From the NCBI GenBank assembly GCA_039818205.1, contig JBCBUK010000002.1:352001-416000 (forward strand): a DNA stretch of 64,000 nt, in the 5' to 3' direction. Under the pieces are notes generated by a model that saw nothing but the letters and a program-made list of their open reading frames with translations, was not told where the DNA came from and did no database searches. The first letter of the stretch is position 1. Each line of letters starts with the position of its first letter. Below are positions 40,594 to 52,506 of this stretch, piece by piece. The stretch is from Verrucomicrobiota bacterium (GTDB lineage: Bacteria; Verrucomicrobiota; Verrucomicrobiia; Opitutales; Cerasicoccaceae). The position numbers were made by a program, and so were the translations under genes.

Positions 40594-42093
40594 ATGAATC
40601 GATCACTGCTTCTAGTCATTTGCGATTTCCTGTTGCTGAGCCTGTTGGCGTTGGCGCGGTTTGACGACCCCGAGGAGGAGACGGTGCCAGAGGTGACTCG
40701 CGTGATTGAGCAGGATGCGGCCGCCAACCAGGACTTGATTGATGTGCTGAAACTATCGCTCGATACCGAGCAGGAGACCCGTGCCGAAATATCTTCGGAG
40801 CTCGAGTCGACTCGGGAAGAGTTGGAAGCACGGGCGAAGGTGTTGGCCGAGCGGGAAAAGAAACTCGCCGAGACTCAGCAAACGGCAGATCAGCTTGCCG
40901 AGGAAAAGGCTCGGCTGGAAAAACAGCGATCAGACCTGGCCAAGGCAAATGAAGAGGCGGAGCGGGAGCGTGTGCGCCTCGCCGAGCAAAGCGAGGCCGC
41001 ACGCCAGAAGTTGGAAGCAGCCGAGCGGGACCGTGTTGATTTGGCGAAGACTTTGGCTGATGTAAAAGAATCGGCCGCGACCTCGACTGAACGCCTGAAG
41101 ACTCTGCAGGAAGAACTCGCCGAGAAGGCAGCAGCGGTTGATCAGCTTCAGGAAGATCGGGAACGTTTGGCGAGCGAAGCCCGAACGGCGGAATTGCAGA
41201 ATCAAGCCCTGGCCGCCCAATTGGAGGTAGCGCAAACGGAGGTGCGGGTGGTTAACGATAACCTTGAATTGGCCCGGCGCGACATCGAGCTGAGCCGCGA
41301 GGAGCGTCAATCGATGCAAGAGACCACGACGATTCTTGCTGAGGGCGTTGGAGCGTTGGCAGAGTCTACCGATCGGATTCGTGAGGAAGTTCAACGAGCG
41401 CAGCCCATGTCGGCTAATGCGATTTTTGACCAGTTTCGCCGAAACAAAGTCACGTTAACGTTCGATAGCACCGAGTCGGGTTTGTTGGGTTCCAGCCAAG
41501 AACGCGACGTCGTTTCCACCGTTTTTGTACGCGGGGAAAATAGCGTGATCTACGCAATGATTCCAGTGAGCGGCACGCCGCTTGATACCGCGGGTATCAC
41601 GGCGGTGACCTGTAGAGTGCAGATTGGAGCACGGGCATTCCTCGCGAAGCGCTTGGGCGTGCTCGCGGCCGATCCTCGAATTTTGGTTTTGGCAATGGAC
41701 GAGCGCTACCTGGAAGGTAGCGGAATCGAACCCTATCCACTCGCGGTTGAGCCCTTGAAGTTTCCGCAGGCGGTTTTGATTGATACTGATCGCGAGTATT
41801 ATGGTGAGGTCGGATTCAAGATCGAGCCAAGCAACCCGGCATATCTCGAGATGGATTCATCCATTTTTAGCGACTTGTTTGGTGAGTTTTCGCCGGGTAA
41901 AGGTGATTTGGTTTTCTCCCAAACCGGTGCCTTGATCGGGGTGATGGTGAACGGGCAGTTCGCCGCGATCGTGCCCAATGCATTGGTCAATGGAAGTGTC
42001 ACACTCGGCGACGCGTTCTCGGAAAGCGATCTCGCGATTTATCGCAGCCGTTTGCGGGGCAACGAACGGGTGTTGCCCTCGCGCCTGCGATAG
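40594..42093 (+). CDS. Membrane-anchored coiled-coil protein with C-terminal beta domain
   Basis: ICDFLLLSLLAL anchor; long E/K/R/A-rich coil; GDLVFSQTGALIGV. Confidence 0.75.
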   Translation: MNRSLLLVICDFLLLSLLALARFDDPEEETVPEVTRVIEQDAAANQDLIDVLKLSLDTEQETRAEISSELESTREELEARAKVLAEREKKLAETQQTADQLAEEKARLEKQRSDLAKANEEAERERVRLAEQSEAARQKLEAAERDRVDLAKTLADVKESAATSTERLKTLQEELAEKAAAVDQLQEDRERLASEARTAELQNQALAAQLEVAQTEVRVVNDNLELARRDIELSREERQSMQETTTILAEGVGALAESTDRIREEVQRAQPMSANAIFDQFRRNKVTLTFDSTESGLLGSSQERDVVSTVFVRGENSVIYAMIPVSGTPLDTAGITAVTCRVQIGARAFLAKRLGVLAADPRILVLAMDERYLEGSGIEPYPLAVEPLKFPQAVLIDTDREYYGEVGFKIEPSNPAYLEMDSSIFSDLFGEFSPGKGDLVFSQTGALIGVMVNGQFAAIVPNALVNGSVTLGDAFSESDLAIYRSRLRGNERVLPSRLR

Positions 42094-42109
42094 TCTCTGG
42101 CGTGAAGGA

Positions 42110-42805
42110 CTATTTCTCGTCTGCACCCGTCGTCTCGGGGCCCGTGTATTTGAGCTCCATGGTCGAGAGCAATTCCCGAGCGGCTCGCAGACCATCGTCG
42201 CCACTGATCGGACTTCCCAGGCAGAAAACCCAGTAGCTGTCCCGATGATTGCCCAGGCGCGTGGCCATGGTGCGCGGATACAAAGGGTTGTCTTCAATGG
42301 TCATCAAGGAATCCCGAAAGCCTAATGGAACCCCATTTACGACCTCGGTGAATACCCTCACGTCGTTAAGGCCGTCACCAAAGGTCGAAACGTTTTCGTG
42401 CATTCGTTCAAGGACTCTGAGTTTGTCCACTTCGCCCAGTTTGGAGAAGTCAGCGCCGACGGCAGCGCTTTGCATGTCCGTGACGCGTTGATAGCGAACA
42501 CCCATTCGGTGGTTGTGGGGCACGAATGCGATCGCGACCTCGTCTTTGATCATCACCACGGTATAGGGAGAATTGCCTCCGGTGAAAAATTTCTCGGCCC
42601 AGGATTCAACGTATTGAGCATAGAAGTTTCGACCGTGGGTGTTCCAATCGTAGATCTCGAACCCTTGGGGAACGGAAAAAGTGAAGCCATCCATGCCGGT
42701 CTCGGTTCCGGTCACAGTATTACCCATGATCACTGGCTTGGTGTCGCTTGATTCGCAGGCGGCAAGTAGGGCGCAAACGCCAATTAGCAATAGTCCTCGT
42801 TTCAT
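42110..42805 (-). CDS. Hypothetical lipoprotein
   Basis: MKRGLLLIGVCALLAAC lipobox. Confidence 0.7.
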   Translation of the reverse strand: MKRGLLLIGVCALLAACESSDTKPVIMGNTVTGTETGMDGFTFSVPQGFEIYDWNTHGRNFYAQYVESWAEKFFTGGNSPYTVVMIKDEVAIAFVPHNHRMGVRYQRVTDMQSAAVGADFSKLGEVDKLRVLERMHENVSTFGDGLNDVRVFTEVVNGVPLGFRDSLMTIEDNPLYPRTMATRLGNHRDSYWVFCLGSPISGDDGLRAARELLSTMELKYTGPETTGADEK

Positions 42806-42984
42806 TGATCAAAATCAGAAGCTGGAATGTTGGCTTCGTAAAGAGTAATTTTCACAAAATAATATAATGAAAGAATGCGTATCGGATTGATGGTGTTTGT
42901 TCTAAGTTGTGCGCGCGACGAAAGATTAGCGGGCAGTGTCCTTTTTCGTTGCCTCCCCGGCGTCCCCTGGCGAAATCTCGGGCT

Positions 42985-44535
42985 ATGTCGAAACAAGCCC
43001 TCATTTCGGTCAGTGATAAAGCAGGCGTGGTTGAGTTCGCCACCGCGCTGGTCAACGACCATGATTACGTGATCCTTTCCACGGGCGGCACCGCCAAGAT
43101 CCTCGCGGAGGCCGGGTTGCCGGTGACCGAGGTCGGTGCCTACACGGGGTTCCCGGAAATGATGGAGGGCCGCATTAAGACCTTGCACCCAAAGATCCAT
43201 GGCGGCTTGCTGTGCCGCCGCGATAAGGAGGACCATCTCGCCCAAGCCAATGAGCATGGCATCGGCATGATTGATCTGGTATGCGTGAACCTTTATCCAT
43301 TTGAGGAGACCGTCGCGCGCCGGGATGCGACCTTTGAGGATGCCATTGAGAACATCGATATCGGCGGTCCATCAATGCTGCGTAGTGCCGCGAAAAATCA
43401 TGCGAGCGTTTCGGTAGTTTGCGATCCGGTTGACTACGATCGAGTCCTGACCGCATTGGGCGACGGCGGCGAGACGCTTTCCACACTGCGCCGGGAGTTG
43501 GCGCTCAAAACGTTCCAGCGTACCGCCGCTTACGACGCGGCGATTAGCAACTACCTCGATTCTAAATTAGCACCCGAGATTGAGGGTGGCGTGCTTGGCT
43601 TGCCGAGCCAGTTGAACATCAATTTGAAGCGCGCGCAGACCTTGCGTTACGGTGAGAATCCTCACCAGAAGGCGGCGTTGTTCGGTCGTTTTCACGAGTG
43701 CTTTGAGCAGCTGCAGGGAAAAGAACTTTCCTATAACAACATCATCGACATCACCGCGGCGGCTTATCTGATTGGCGAGTTCGAGAAACCTACGGTAGCG
43801 ATTCTCAAGCACACAAATCCGTGCGGAGTTGCCTCGGACCTGAATCTGACCACGGCTTGGGAGCAAGCATTTGAAACTGACAAGCAGGCGCCGTTTGGCG
43901 GGATCATCGTGATGAACCGCACCGTCGATGGGGAGCTTGCTGGTATCATCTCTAAGATCTTCTGCGAGGTGATCATCGCTCCCGAGTTCACCGATGAAGC
44001 ACGTGAAATTTTCGGCAAGAAAAAGAACCTGCGTTTAATGATCTCTCGCGACTGGCTGCGCGCCGAGTCCCTCCAAGAGGTCAAGAGCGTGATTGGTGGT
44101 GTGCTGGTGCAAGACCGCGACCAAAAGGCGATTAATCCGCGCGACTTTAAGGTGGTGACCGAGCGCCAACCAACTGAAGCCGAATGGGCCGCAATGCTCT
44201 TCGGTTGGCGGGTGGTTAAGCACGTGAAGTCGAATGCCATCGTTTACTCGTCGGCCGAGCGCACCCTGGGTGTTGGCGCCGGTCAAATGAGCCGGGTTGA
44301 CTCGAGCAACATCGCCGTTTGGAAGGCGGGTCAAGCAGGCTTGTCACTCGACGGAAGCGTGATTTGTTCAGATGCCTTTTTCCCCTTCCCGGATGGTCTA
44401 CTGGCCGCGGCCGATGCCGGTGCGAAAGCCGCCATTCAACCCGGTGGCTCGGTGAAGGATGAAGACGTAATTGCCGCCGCGAACGAACGCGGCATGGCGA
44501 TGGTCTTCACGGGCAACCGCCACTTTAAACACTAG
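42985..44535 (+). CDS. purH: Bifunctional AICAR transformylase/IMP cyclohydrolase
   Basis: ALISVSDK, GRIKTLHP, LRYGENPHQ, SDAFFPF, RHFKH. Confidence 0.97.
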   Translation: MSKQALISVSDKAGVVEFATALVNDHDYVILSTGGTAKILAEAGLPVTEVGAYTGFPEMMEGRIKTLHPKIHGGLLCRRDKEDHLAQANEHGIGMIDLVCVNLYPFEETVARRDATFEDAIENIDIGGPSMLRSAAKNHASVSVVCDPVDYDRVLTALGDGGETLSTLRRELALKTFQRTAAYDAAISNYLDSKLAPEIEGGVLGLPSQLNINLKRAQTLRYGENPHQKAALFGRFHECFEQLQGKELSYNNIIDITAAAYLIGEFEKPTVAILKHTNPCGVASDLNLTTAWEQAFETDKQAPFGGIIVMNRTVDGELAGIISKIFCEVIIAPEFTDEAREIFGKKKNLRLMISRDWLRAESLQEVKSVIGGVLVQDRDQKAINPRDFKVVTERQPTEAEWAAMLFGWRVVKHVKSNAIVYSSAERTLGVGAGQMSRVDSSNIAVWKAGQAGLSLDGSVICSDAFFPFPDGLLAAADAGAKAAIQPGGSVKDEDVIAAANERGMAMVFTGNRHFKH

Positions 44536-44620
44536 GAGACTTCCGGTTTAATTTGGTTATTCCCGTAGGCTAGCAAACTGCCCTTGCGAACGGTTTGGTC
44601 TTTCGTTGCGTCTAGGACAA

Positions 44621-44720
44621 TCTGGATGCAACGGCACGTTGCAAAAAAGCTCCAGCCGGATAGACCGACTGGAGCTTTATAAGACTAATACTGGCTAAAA
44701 GTCTGGATGCAACGGCACGT
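44621..44720 (+). repeat. 19-bp direct repeat pair
   Basis: tctggatgcaacggcacgt at 44621-44639 and 44702-44720. Confidence 0.9.
44643..44678 (-). terminator. Intrinsic terminator of xylA
   Basis: Minus strand aaagctccagtcgg-tctat-ccggctggagctttttt. Confidence 0.85.
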
Positions 44721-44722
44721 AG

Positions 44723-46030
44723 CTAGATGAATTCGTTGATCAGGTTCTCCAGGTATTCCTGGCGGCCGGAGAACGGAGCTGGGTCACCGTTGGCGAGTGC
44801 GAATTGCTCGAGTTCTGCGAAGCTGGCTTTTCCGGATTCGACCTTAGCGCCAAGTTCGCTATCCCAAGTGCTGTAACGCTCCTTGACGAATGCGTCGAGG
44901 CGACCGTCTTCGATGATTGCGGTAGCAATCTTGAGTCCGCGGGCGAAGGCATCCATTCCGCCGATGTGGGCGTGGAAAAGGTCAACGGGTTCGCAGGATT
45001 CGCGTCGGCGTTTCGCGTCGAAGTTCAAACCACCGGTGGTGAAGCCGCCCATTTTTAGGAGGACGAGCATGGTTTGGGTGGTCAGATAAAGATTGGTCGG
45101 GAATTGGTCGGTGTCCCAGCCAACATTTGCCGTGCCGTCGTTGGCGTCGATCGAACCCAGTGCGCCGGCGTTGGCAGCAGTGGTCAGCTCATGTTCCATC
45201 GTGTGGCCAGCGAGGGTCGCGTGGTTGGTTTCGATGTTGAGCTTAAAGTGATCGAGGAGATTGTATTCGCGGAGGAAGTTCAGGCAGGCGGCAGAGTCAG
45301 AATCATACTGGTGCGTGGTTGGCTCTTGCGGCTTTGGTTCAATGTAGAACTGACCTTCGAAACCGATCTCCTTCTTGTAGTCGACTGCCATGTGCAGGAA
45401 CGCGGCAAGGTGGTCGAGTTCGCGCTTCATGTTGGTGTTCAGGAGCGAGGTGTAGCCTTCGCGCCCACCCCAGAAGACGTAGCCTTCACCGTTGAGCATG
45501 TGGGTAACATCCATGGCCTTTTTCACCTGGGCTGCCGCGTAGGCATAGACGCCGAGGGAAGGCGAGGTTGCCGCACCGTGCATGTAGCGCGGGTTCACGA
45601 ACAAGCAGGCGGTTCCCCAAAGGAGCTTCTTGCCGTTGGCCTTTTGCAGCTCGGAGAACTCGGCGGCAATGGCGTCGAGGTTGGCTTGAGACTCCTTGAT
45701 GGAGTTGCCTTCAGCAACGACGTCGAAATCGTGGAAGCAATAGTAGTCGAGTTGGCACTTGTTCAGAAACTCGAAGAAAACGGAGGCCCGCTTCTTGGCA
45801 TTGTCGATGGAGTCGGTGCCATCGTCCCAAGGCATCTGCATGGTTCCAGCACCGAATGGATCTGCTCCGTTGCCGCGCATGGTGTGCCAATAGGCGCAGC
45901 CGAAGCGCAGGTGATCGCGCATGCTTTTGCCGCCAACGAGTTCGTCAGGATTGTAGTGCTTGAAAGCAAGCGGGTTCTTGCTGCTTGGTCCTTCGTATTG
46001 GACCGCGGGGATGTCGAAGTATTCGCTCAT
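44723..46030 (-). CDS. xylA: Xylose isomerase
   Basis: [42 protein letters not shown]. Confidence 0.97.
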   Translation of the reverse strand: MSEYFDIPAVQYEGPSSKNPLAFKHYNPDELVGGKSMRDHLRFGCAYWHTMRGNGADPFGAGTMQMPWDDGTDSIDNAKKRASVFFEFLNKCQLDYYCFHDFDVVAEGNSIKESQANLDAIAAEFSELQKANGKKLLWGTACLFVNPRYMHGAATSPSLGVYAYAAAQVKKAMDVTHMLNGEGYVFWGGREGYTSLLNTNMKRELDHLAAFLHMAVDYKKEIGFEGQFYIEPKPQEPTTHQYDSDSAACLNFLREYNLLDHFKLNIETNHATLAGHTMEHELTTAANAGALGSIDANDGTANVGWDTDQFPTNLYLTTQTMLVLLKMGGFTTGGLNFDAKRRRESCEPVDLFHAHIGGMDAFARGLKIATAIIEDGRLDAFVKERYSTWDSELGAKVESGKASFAELEQFALANGDPAPFSGRQEYLENLINEFI

Positions 46031-46131
46031 AGGGTTGCGGTGGGTATTTATTGGATTGTGCGGCGGTAATCTAGAAAAATTCGTCCTTTTCGGAAACCGT
46101 AAAATGCGGTAAAGTTTTGTGTTTTTGCGAC

Positions 46132-47307
46132 ATGGTAGATCGATCCACTCCACCGAAGTATCACCGCATTGCGCTGGTGATGTCCGATGTCTTTGTTCGT
46201 CGGCTGGCCCCCGGCTTGGGTCGCCTGGTGGGAACGGAGCGTGATTTTTGGACCGTCGATATTAATCGTCCGGTAGGGGAGTTGCGCCGAATTCTTGCGG
46301 ATTGGGCTCCACAGGGTATCATCACGGAATCGCTCCCGGAGGTCACTGAGGTCATTCTCGAGTTGGGTTTTCCCACCGTCATCGTGGATTCCGACGAGTG
46401 CTTTCCCGGCGTCGTCAGTATGGATGTCGATGATTTCGCGATTGGCGAGCTCGCGGCTCGGCACCTGATTGACGCCGGGCATTCGCATTTCGCGTGCGTG
46501 CTGAATCGGACGCCCTACGCGGAGCAGCGGGGGCGAGGTTTTCAAGAAACCTTGGCGAAGCAGGGGTTTGACTGTTCGGTGTTTCGCCAGAAACAAACGG
46601 AGGCGAAGCACTACGCGGAGCACTGGCTCCAGCCAGAGCCGGATCTCGCACGCTGGTTGCGTTCGCTGGCGAAGCCGACCGCATTGCTCGCGGCTCACGA
46701 TCCGCTCGGGCGCGCCGTGTGTGAGACTGCGCGGAGGGAGGGAATCAGTGTCCCGGAAACCTTGAGCGTGCTGGGTGTCAACAATGACGAGATTGTCTGC
46801 AACCTCAGTGCGCCGCCACTGTCGAGCATTACGGTGCCTTGGGAGACGCTCGCTCATTGGTCGGTTGATTGGCTTGAGGCATTGATTGACCACGGAAGCT
46901 GCTCGGAAGATCCTATCTTAGCCCGGCCGGGTGGGGTGGTGGATCGGCAATCGACAACGCTCTTGGCCCTGGACGATCCACTGTTGGCGCGCGCGATCCA
47001 GTTCATTCGGGAGAACTTTGCCGAGGGCATTGGCGTTAAGGAAACTGCGGCTCAGCTCGGAGTAAACCGCCGCACCCTTGAGCGTCGGTTTCAGGAAGCG
47101 CTGAAGCGATCGCCACGGGAGGAGATCTTGCGACTGCGCCTCCGGGAGTCGCGGCGACTATTGCGGGAGACAGACTTGAGTATGCCCTGGATCGCGGAGC
47201 GTTGTGGGTTTCCGAACGCCGAGCGGTTTTGCGTAGCCTTCCGGCAGGCTGAAGGCGTGCCGCCGACCCGATATCGCTCGGCAGCCGCTCAAAGCCAAGC
47301 GGAATAG
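46132..47307 (+). CDS. xylR: XylR-type regulator (periplasmic-binding fold + AraC HTH)
   Basis: LGVNNDE..C....[19 protein letters not shown]; divergent from xylA. Confidence 0.85.
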   Translation: MVDRSTPPKYHRIALVMSDVFVRRLAPGLGRLVGTERDFWTVDINRPVGELRRILADWAPQGIITESLPEVTEVILELGFPTVIVDSDECFPGVVSMDVDDFAIGELAARHLIDAGHSHFACVLNRTPYAEQRGRGFQETLAKQGFDCSVFRQKQTEAKHYAEHWLQPEPDLARWLRSLAKPTALLAAHDPLGRAVCETARREGISVPETLSVLGVNNDEIVCNLSAPPLSSITVPWETLAHWSVDWLEALIDHGSCSEDPILARPGGVVDRQSTTLLALDDPLLARAIQFIRENFAEGIGVKETAAQLGVNRRTLERRFQEALKRSPREEILRLRLRESRRLLRETDLSMPWIAERCGFPNAERFCVAFRQAEGVPPTRYRSAAAQSQAE

Positions 47308-47314
47308 GATTGGC

Positions 47315-48418
47315 CTAAACGGCGCTCAAGACCGTGCGGTTTGTGTCCGCAAGTGCCTGCGCCCGCAGTGAAAGCTCGGCCGCTTTGAAGGCATGCGCCT
47401 GAGTCATCGCGTTTTCGGTGCGGTTGAGGCAGTCGAGTATGAGTTGGCCAAAAAATGGAAACCCGACGTCACCCGCGACGGAGAGGTACTGCTCGCCGTC
47501 CTCGTTGCAAAGAATGATGTGGTCGCCGTTATCCGATTTGCCGAAGTCGAAGTATTTACGAATCTCGATCACACCCTTGGTTCCGGTGATGAAGGTCCGC
47601 CCATCGCCCCAGCCGCGCATCGTTGGTGGCGTGAACCAGTTGACCTTGGAAAAGCAGGATACACCGTTGTCGAGGAGCAGGACCGCGTCACCAACGTCCT
47701 CGAATTCGGGTTTGTCAGGATTGGAAAAATTGTCAACACGGGCGTGGAGGATCTCACCGCCTTGTTGGCGAGTGTAGTGCAGGAACTGCTCGAACTGGTG
47801 TGACGCGATGTCGGTCAGCACGCCGCCGTATTGCTCTTTGACGAAGAACCAATCTGGCCGACTTGGTTTCTTGAGACTGTGCGGTCCGAAGATTTCCATG
47901 TGGACGATGTCGCCGATCGCACCGTTCTGGATGAGTTCGTCGGCATACCACGCGGCTTCTGTGTGAATGCGCTCTGAAAAGTAGACCAGATATTTCTGGC
48001 CGGTGCGCTCTGCGATTTCACGGGCGTCGGCCAGTTGGTCCAAGGTGGTGAACGGGCACTTGTCGGTAAAGTAATCCTTACCGGCTTCCATCACCTGACA
48101 GCCGAGGGGGCCACGTAGGTTTGGAACTGCGGCAGCAGTAACGAGTTTGATGGACTCGTCGTCCAGGATGGCCTCCAGGGAACTGACAACCTGAGCCTCG
48201 GGATTGTGGGTTAGGAGGGAGTCAATCGTGCCCTGATTAGCCGGGTTGGGCTCGTAAATATATTTCAGTTGGCCACCGGCCTCGCGCAGCCCATTGCATT
48301 GACCATTGATGTGGCCATGGTCCAGGTGGGTTGCTGCGAAGAAGAATTCGCCAGGTGAAACAACTTTCTCAGTTCTCGCCGCGGTGGGCGCGTAATTCAT
48401 GCCGTCTTTTTCAGCCAT
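47315..48418 (-). CDS. Gfo/Idh/MocA oxidoreductase
   Basis: GKDYFTDK.P, YGG.LTDIASHQ, WGDGR. Confidence 0.9.
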   Translation of the reverse strand: MAEKDGMNYAPTAARTEKVVSPGEFFFAATHLDHGHINGQCNGLREAGGQLKYIYEPNPANQGTIDSLLTHNPEAQVVSSLEAILDDESIKLVTAAAVPNLRGPLGCQVMEAGKDYFTDKCPFTTLDQLADAREIAERTGQKYLVYFSERIHTEAAWYADELIQNGAIGDIVHMEIFGPHSLKKPSRPDWFFVKEQYGGVLTDIASHQFEQFLHYTRQQGGEILHARVDNFSNPDKPEFEDVGDAVLLLDNGVSCFSKVNWFTPPTMRGWGDGRTFITGTKGVIEIRKYFDFGKSDNGDHIILCNEDGEQYLSVAGDVGFPFFGQLILDCLNRTENAMTQAHAFKAAELSLRAQALADTNRTVLSAV

Positions 48419-48470
48419 TCTTGTGGAGTTCCATTCGCTCAGGGGGGTGCTTGTTTAGAAAACAAACATA

Positions 48471-49886
48471 TTATTCGGCAAATGGAAACCCAAAAAACGA
48501 AGCGGCATTGTCATAGCAGACATCGCGGACCAGGCCGGAGTATAATTCCCATTCGTCGGGAATCAGTCCTTGTTCGACGTCTTTGCCAATCAGGTTGCAC
48601 AGGATCCGGCGGAAATATTCGTGACGCGCGAAGCTGAGGAAGCTGCGGGAATCGGTGAGCATGCCAACAAATTTACTCAGGAGGCCAAGATTGGAGAGCG
48701 TATTGAGTTGCCACTCCATGCCTTCTTTCTGGTCGAGGAACCACCAGCCGCTGCCGTATTGCATCTTGCCGGGAATCTCCGCGTCCTGGAAGCAGGCGAG
48801 CATGCTGGCAATCAGGTAGTTGTCGGTGGGATTCAAATTGTAGACGACCATCTTGGGGCAGGCGTTATCCTGATCCATGCGGTCGAGGTAGTTCTTTAGC
48901 GCCATCCCTTGTGGGTAGTCGGCCATGGTGTCAAAGCCACTGTCTGGTCCGAGTTGCTGAAACTGGCGGGTATTTACATTGCGAATGACGCCCGTGTGCA
49001 GCTGCTTGGTCCAGCCTTTCTCGGCGTCCAATGCGCCGAAGTAAACCATGAGGTTGCTGGCAAACTGATCCGCTTCTTCAGTTGAGATGGGTTTGCCATC
49101 GAGCACAGATTGATAAATCGCCGCGGCGCGCTCTTCGCTGATGAAATCGGCAAAGGGCTGGTGCATGCCATGGTCGGAAAGGCGACAGCCAACGGAATGG
49201 AAGAAGTCGTGGCGTTGCTTGAGGGCTTCCTTGAATTTATCGTAGCTAGAACAATCGATGTTGGAAACCGCTTCGAGCTTCTCGCGCCAGGGGTTGAAGA
49301 TTTCGGGCTGGCCGATCTTCAAGGCATTGTCGGGGCGGTAGGTTGGGAAGAGACCCGTGGAAACTGATGGGTCCGCGGCGGCAGCACGATGGTGGTCGAG
49401 GGTGTCGACGGGATCGTCCGTGGTGCAGGCGACCTTGACTTTAAACTTTTTCAAAAAGCCATTGGCGGAGAAGTCTTCTTGCTGAAGTTGCTCGTTGGCT
49501 CGCTCCCAGATTGATGGTGCCGACTGCTCGTTGATCAACTCGGTGATGCCGAATGCTCGTGCCATCTCAAGATGGCTCCAGTGGTATAGCGGATTGCGTA
49601 AGGTGGCCGGAATGGTGCGGCACCAAGCAATGAACTTATCATAGCCATCTCCGTCCCCCGTTACCAAGTGCTCTTCGACGCCATTGCACCTTAAGGCGCG
49701 CCACTTGTAGTGATCCTCTTCGAGCCATAGCTCGGCGAGGTTGCCGAATCGCCGATCGTTGGCGACATCTTGTGGTGGCAGATGGGAGTGGTAGTCAATG
49801 ATCGGGAGATCCTTGGCTACTTCATGATAGAGCCGCTTGGCGGTTTGACTTTGCAATAGAAAGTCATCGTGGATGAACGGGGGCAT
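48471..49886 (-). CDS. uxaC: Uronate (glucuronate) isomerase
   Basis: IIDYHSHL, DHYKWR, NPLYHW.HLE, CTTDDP, GSGWWF.D, GMLTDSRSFLS..RHEYFRR. Confidence 0.96.
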   Translation of the reverse strand: MPPFIHDDFLLQSQTAKRLYHEVAKDLPIIDYHSHLPPQDVANDRRFGNLAELWLEEDHYKWRALRCNGVEEHLVTGDGDGYDKFIAWCRTIPATLRNPLYHWSHLEMARAFGITELINEQSAPSIWERANEQLQQEDFSANGFLKKFKVKVACTTDDPVDTLDHHRAAAADPSVSTGLFPTYRPDNALKIGQPEIFNPWREKLEAVSNIDCSSYDKFKEALKQRHDFFHSVGCRLSDHGMHQPFADFISEERAAAIYQSVLDGKPISTEEADQFASNLMVYFGALDAEKGWTKQLHTGVIRNVNTRQFQQLGPDSGFDTMADYPQGMALKNYLDRMDQDNACPKMVVYNLNPTDNYLIASMLACFQDAEIPGKMQYGSGWWFLDQKEGMEWQLNTLSNLGLLSKFVGMLTDSRSFLSFARHEYFRRILCNLIGKDVEQGLIPDEWELYSGLVRDVCYDNAASFFGFPFAE

Positions 49887-49906
49887 CGGGAAATTCGATT
49901 GCAGGA

Positions 49907-50683
49907 TTATATGGTCATCGCGGCATAACCACCGTCGACCAACAGTTCGTGACCGGTAATGAATGAGCCGGCGTCGGAGGCCAAGAGCAAGGTTGCTCCC
50001 ACGAGTTCCTTCGATTCCCCAAAGCGCTTCATCGGTGTGTGTCCCATGATCTGCGCAACGCGCTCATCGCTAAGGATCTTGCGATTCTGCTCGGCCGGGA
50101 AAAACCCGGGGACGATTGTGTTCACCCGAATATTCTGTGTTGCCCACTCGCGGGCGAGGTTTTGCGAAAGGTTATGCACTGCAGCCTTCGAGGCCGAGTA
50201 GGTGAAGACGCGGGACAATGGCTTCACGCCGGACATGGAACCAACGTTGATGATGTTTCCACCACCGCGTTCGACAAAGTAGCGACCAAATACCTGGCTG
50301 GCGAAGAACACCGCCTTGAAGTTGATGTCCATGATCTTGTCGAACTCGTCTTCTTCAATTTCGAGGAACGGTGTTGGGCTATTGACGCCAGCGCCATTGA
50401 CCAGGATGTCGACCTGGCCGCTCTTGCTAACGACGCGATCAAGGAGATCGGTCAGTGCATCCTTGGAGCCCACGTCGCAGGGTTCGAAATAGCTCTTACC
50501 GTGGAATTGGTGGATCTTGGCCAGGCGTTCCTGGGCCTTCACTTCGTTGCGACCGACGAGCACGACCGTGGCGCCCGCACCAGCAAGGCCTTCGGCCATC
50601 GCACCGCACAACTCACCGGTGCCACCAATGACTACAGCGACTTTGCCTTGCAATGAAAAGAGTTCAGATAGGTATTCAGACAT
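49907..50683 (-). CDS. SDR oxidoreductase (D-mannonate/gluconate dehydrogenase-like)
   Basis: GGTGELC, NGAG, YSASKAA, PGFF, VDGG. Confidence 0.85.
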   Translation of the reverse strand: MSEYLSELFSLQGKVAVVIGGTGELCGAMAEGLAGAGATVVLVGRNEVKAQERLAKIHQFHGKSYFEPCDVGSKDALTDLLDRVVSKSGQVDILVNGAGVNSPTPFLEIEEDEFDKIMDINFKAVFFASQVFGRYFVERGGGNIINVGSMSGVKPLSRVFTYSASKAAVHNLSQNLAREWATQNIRVNTIVPGFFPAEQNRKILSDERVAQIMGHTPMKRFGESKELVGATLLLASDAGSFITGHELLVDGGYAAMTI

Positions 50684-50700
50684 GATAAAAATTGGTTAAG

Positions 50701-50725
50701 AAAAAGGAGGCCGTTGCCGACCTCC
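50701..50725 (-). terminator. Intrinsic terminator after kdgK
   Basis: Minus strand ggaggtcg-gcaa-cggcctcc-ttttt. Confidence 0.7.
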
Positions 50726-50742
50726 CTTCAGTTAAATGGTAT

Positions 50743-51840
<1,098 letters not shown>

Positions 51841-51852
51841 GGTACTTATTGT

Positions 51853-52497
51853 TTAATTTTTCATTTGGCTGATGAATGTTTCCGCCTCATTGATGGCGGC
51901 ATTCATCTCGTCGATCAGGGCGGCGACGTCTCGTTCCACAGTAGTCACTTCGTTCTTGAGTGATGCGATCGCCCGCGCATTCAAGTTGTGCTTAAGGAAG
52001 AGAACTTGGTCGCGGAAGGCTGCGAGAACCGGCGTCATCTTTTGCTCGGCCCGATTCATGGCATTGATAAGGCGTGTGTACTCGCGCCGTGTTTGCACGA
52101 GTTGCTGTTCGCTGGCCCGACGAAGGTCACTGCGGGTATATTCATTGAGTTCGTCCTGCCATTCGTTGAACAAGGATTCCGCCACATCTTCAACTGCCTC
52201 GATACGGTCGCGAACGTCGTCTGCCCGTGACTCGCAACGCTCATACTGGCCCTTCAGGCTGTCGTAGCGTTTCTCCAATTCACCACCATCAATGGCGACG
52301 GTTGCCCTGAAGGCCTCGAGGGCATCTTCGAATTGTTCCTTGGCGTCCTCTTGGGTTTCCTGGGCGGCTTCCACGCGGTCGACCAGTAGCTCCCGCTTTT
52401 GGATGCCCACTTGCTCGAGGGCACTGTAATAAACGCTCGAGCATCCGCTGAGCAGGCCTGCTAACAGGGCAAAGACGATGATGTTAACGCGATTCAT
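51853..52497 (-). CDS. DUF2959 family lipoprotein
   Basis: LLSGC..YY.ALE..G..KRE.LVDRV; LFLKHNLNARAI. Confidence 0.9.
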   Translation of the reverse strand: MNRVNIIVFALLAGLLSGCSSVYYSALEQVGIQKRELLVDRVEAAQETQEDAKEQFEDALEAFRATVAIDGGELEKRYDSLKGQYERCESRADDVRDRIEAVEDVAESLFNEWQDELNEYTRSDLRRASEQQLVQTRREYTRLINAMNRAEQKMTPVLAAFRDQVLFLKHNLNARAIASLKNEVTTVERDVAALIDEMNAAINEAETFISQMKN

Positions 52498-52506
52498 TCC
52501 TGATAC

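Noticed and set aside
44621..44720. Direct repeats as a mini-CRISPR
   Set aside because: Only two 19-bp copies, the intervening sequence is a terminator, and no cas genes are present
45074..46893. Long ORFs 45074..46069 (+) and 46048..46893 (-)
   Set aside because: Antisense to xylA and xylR
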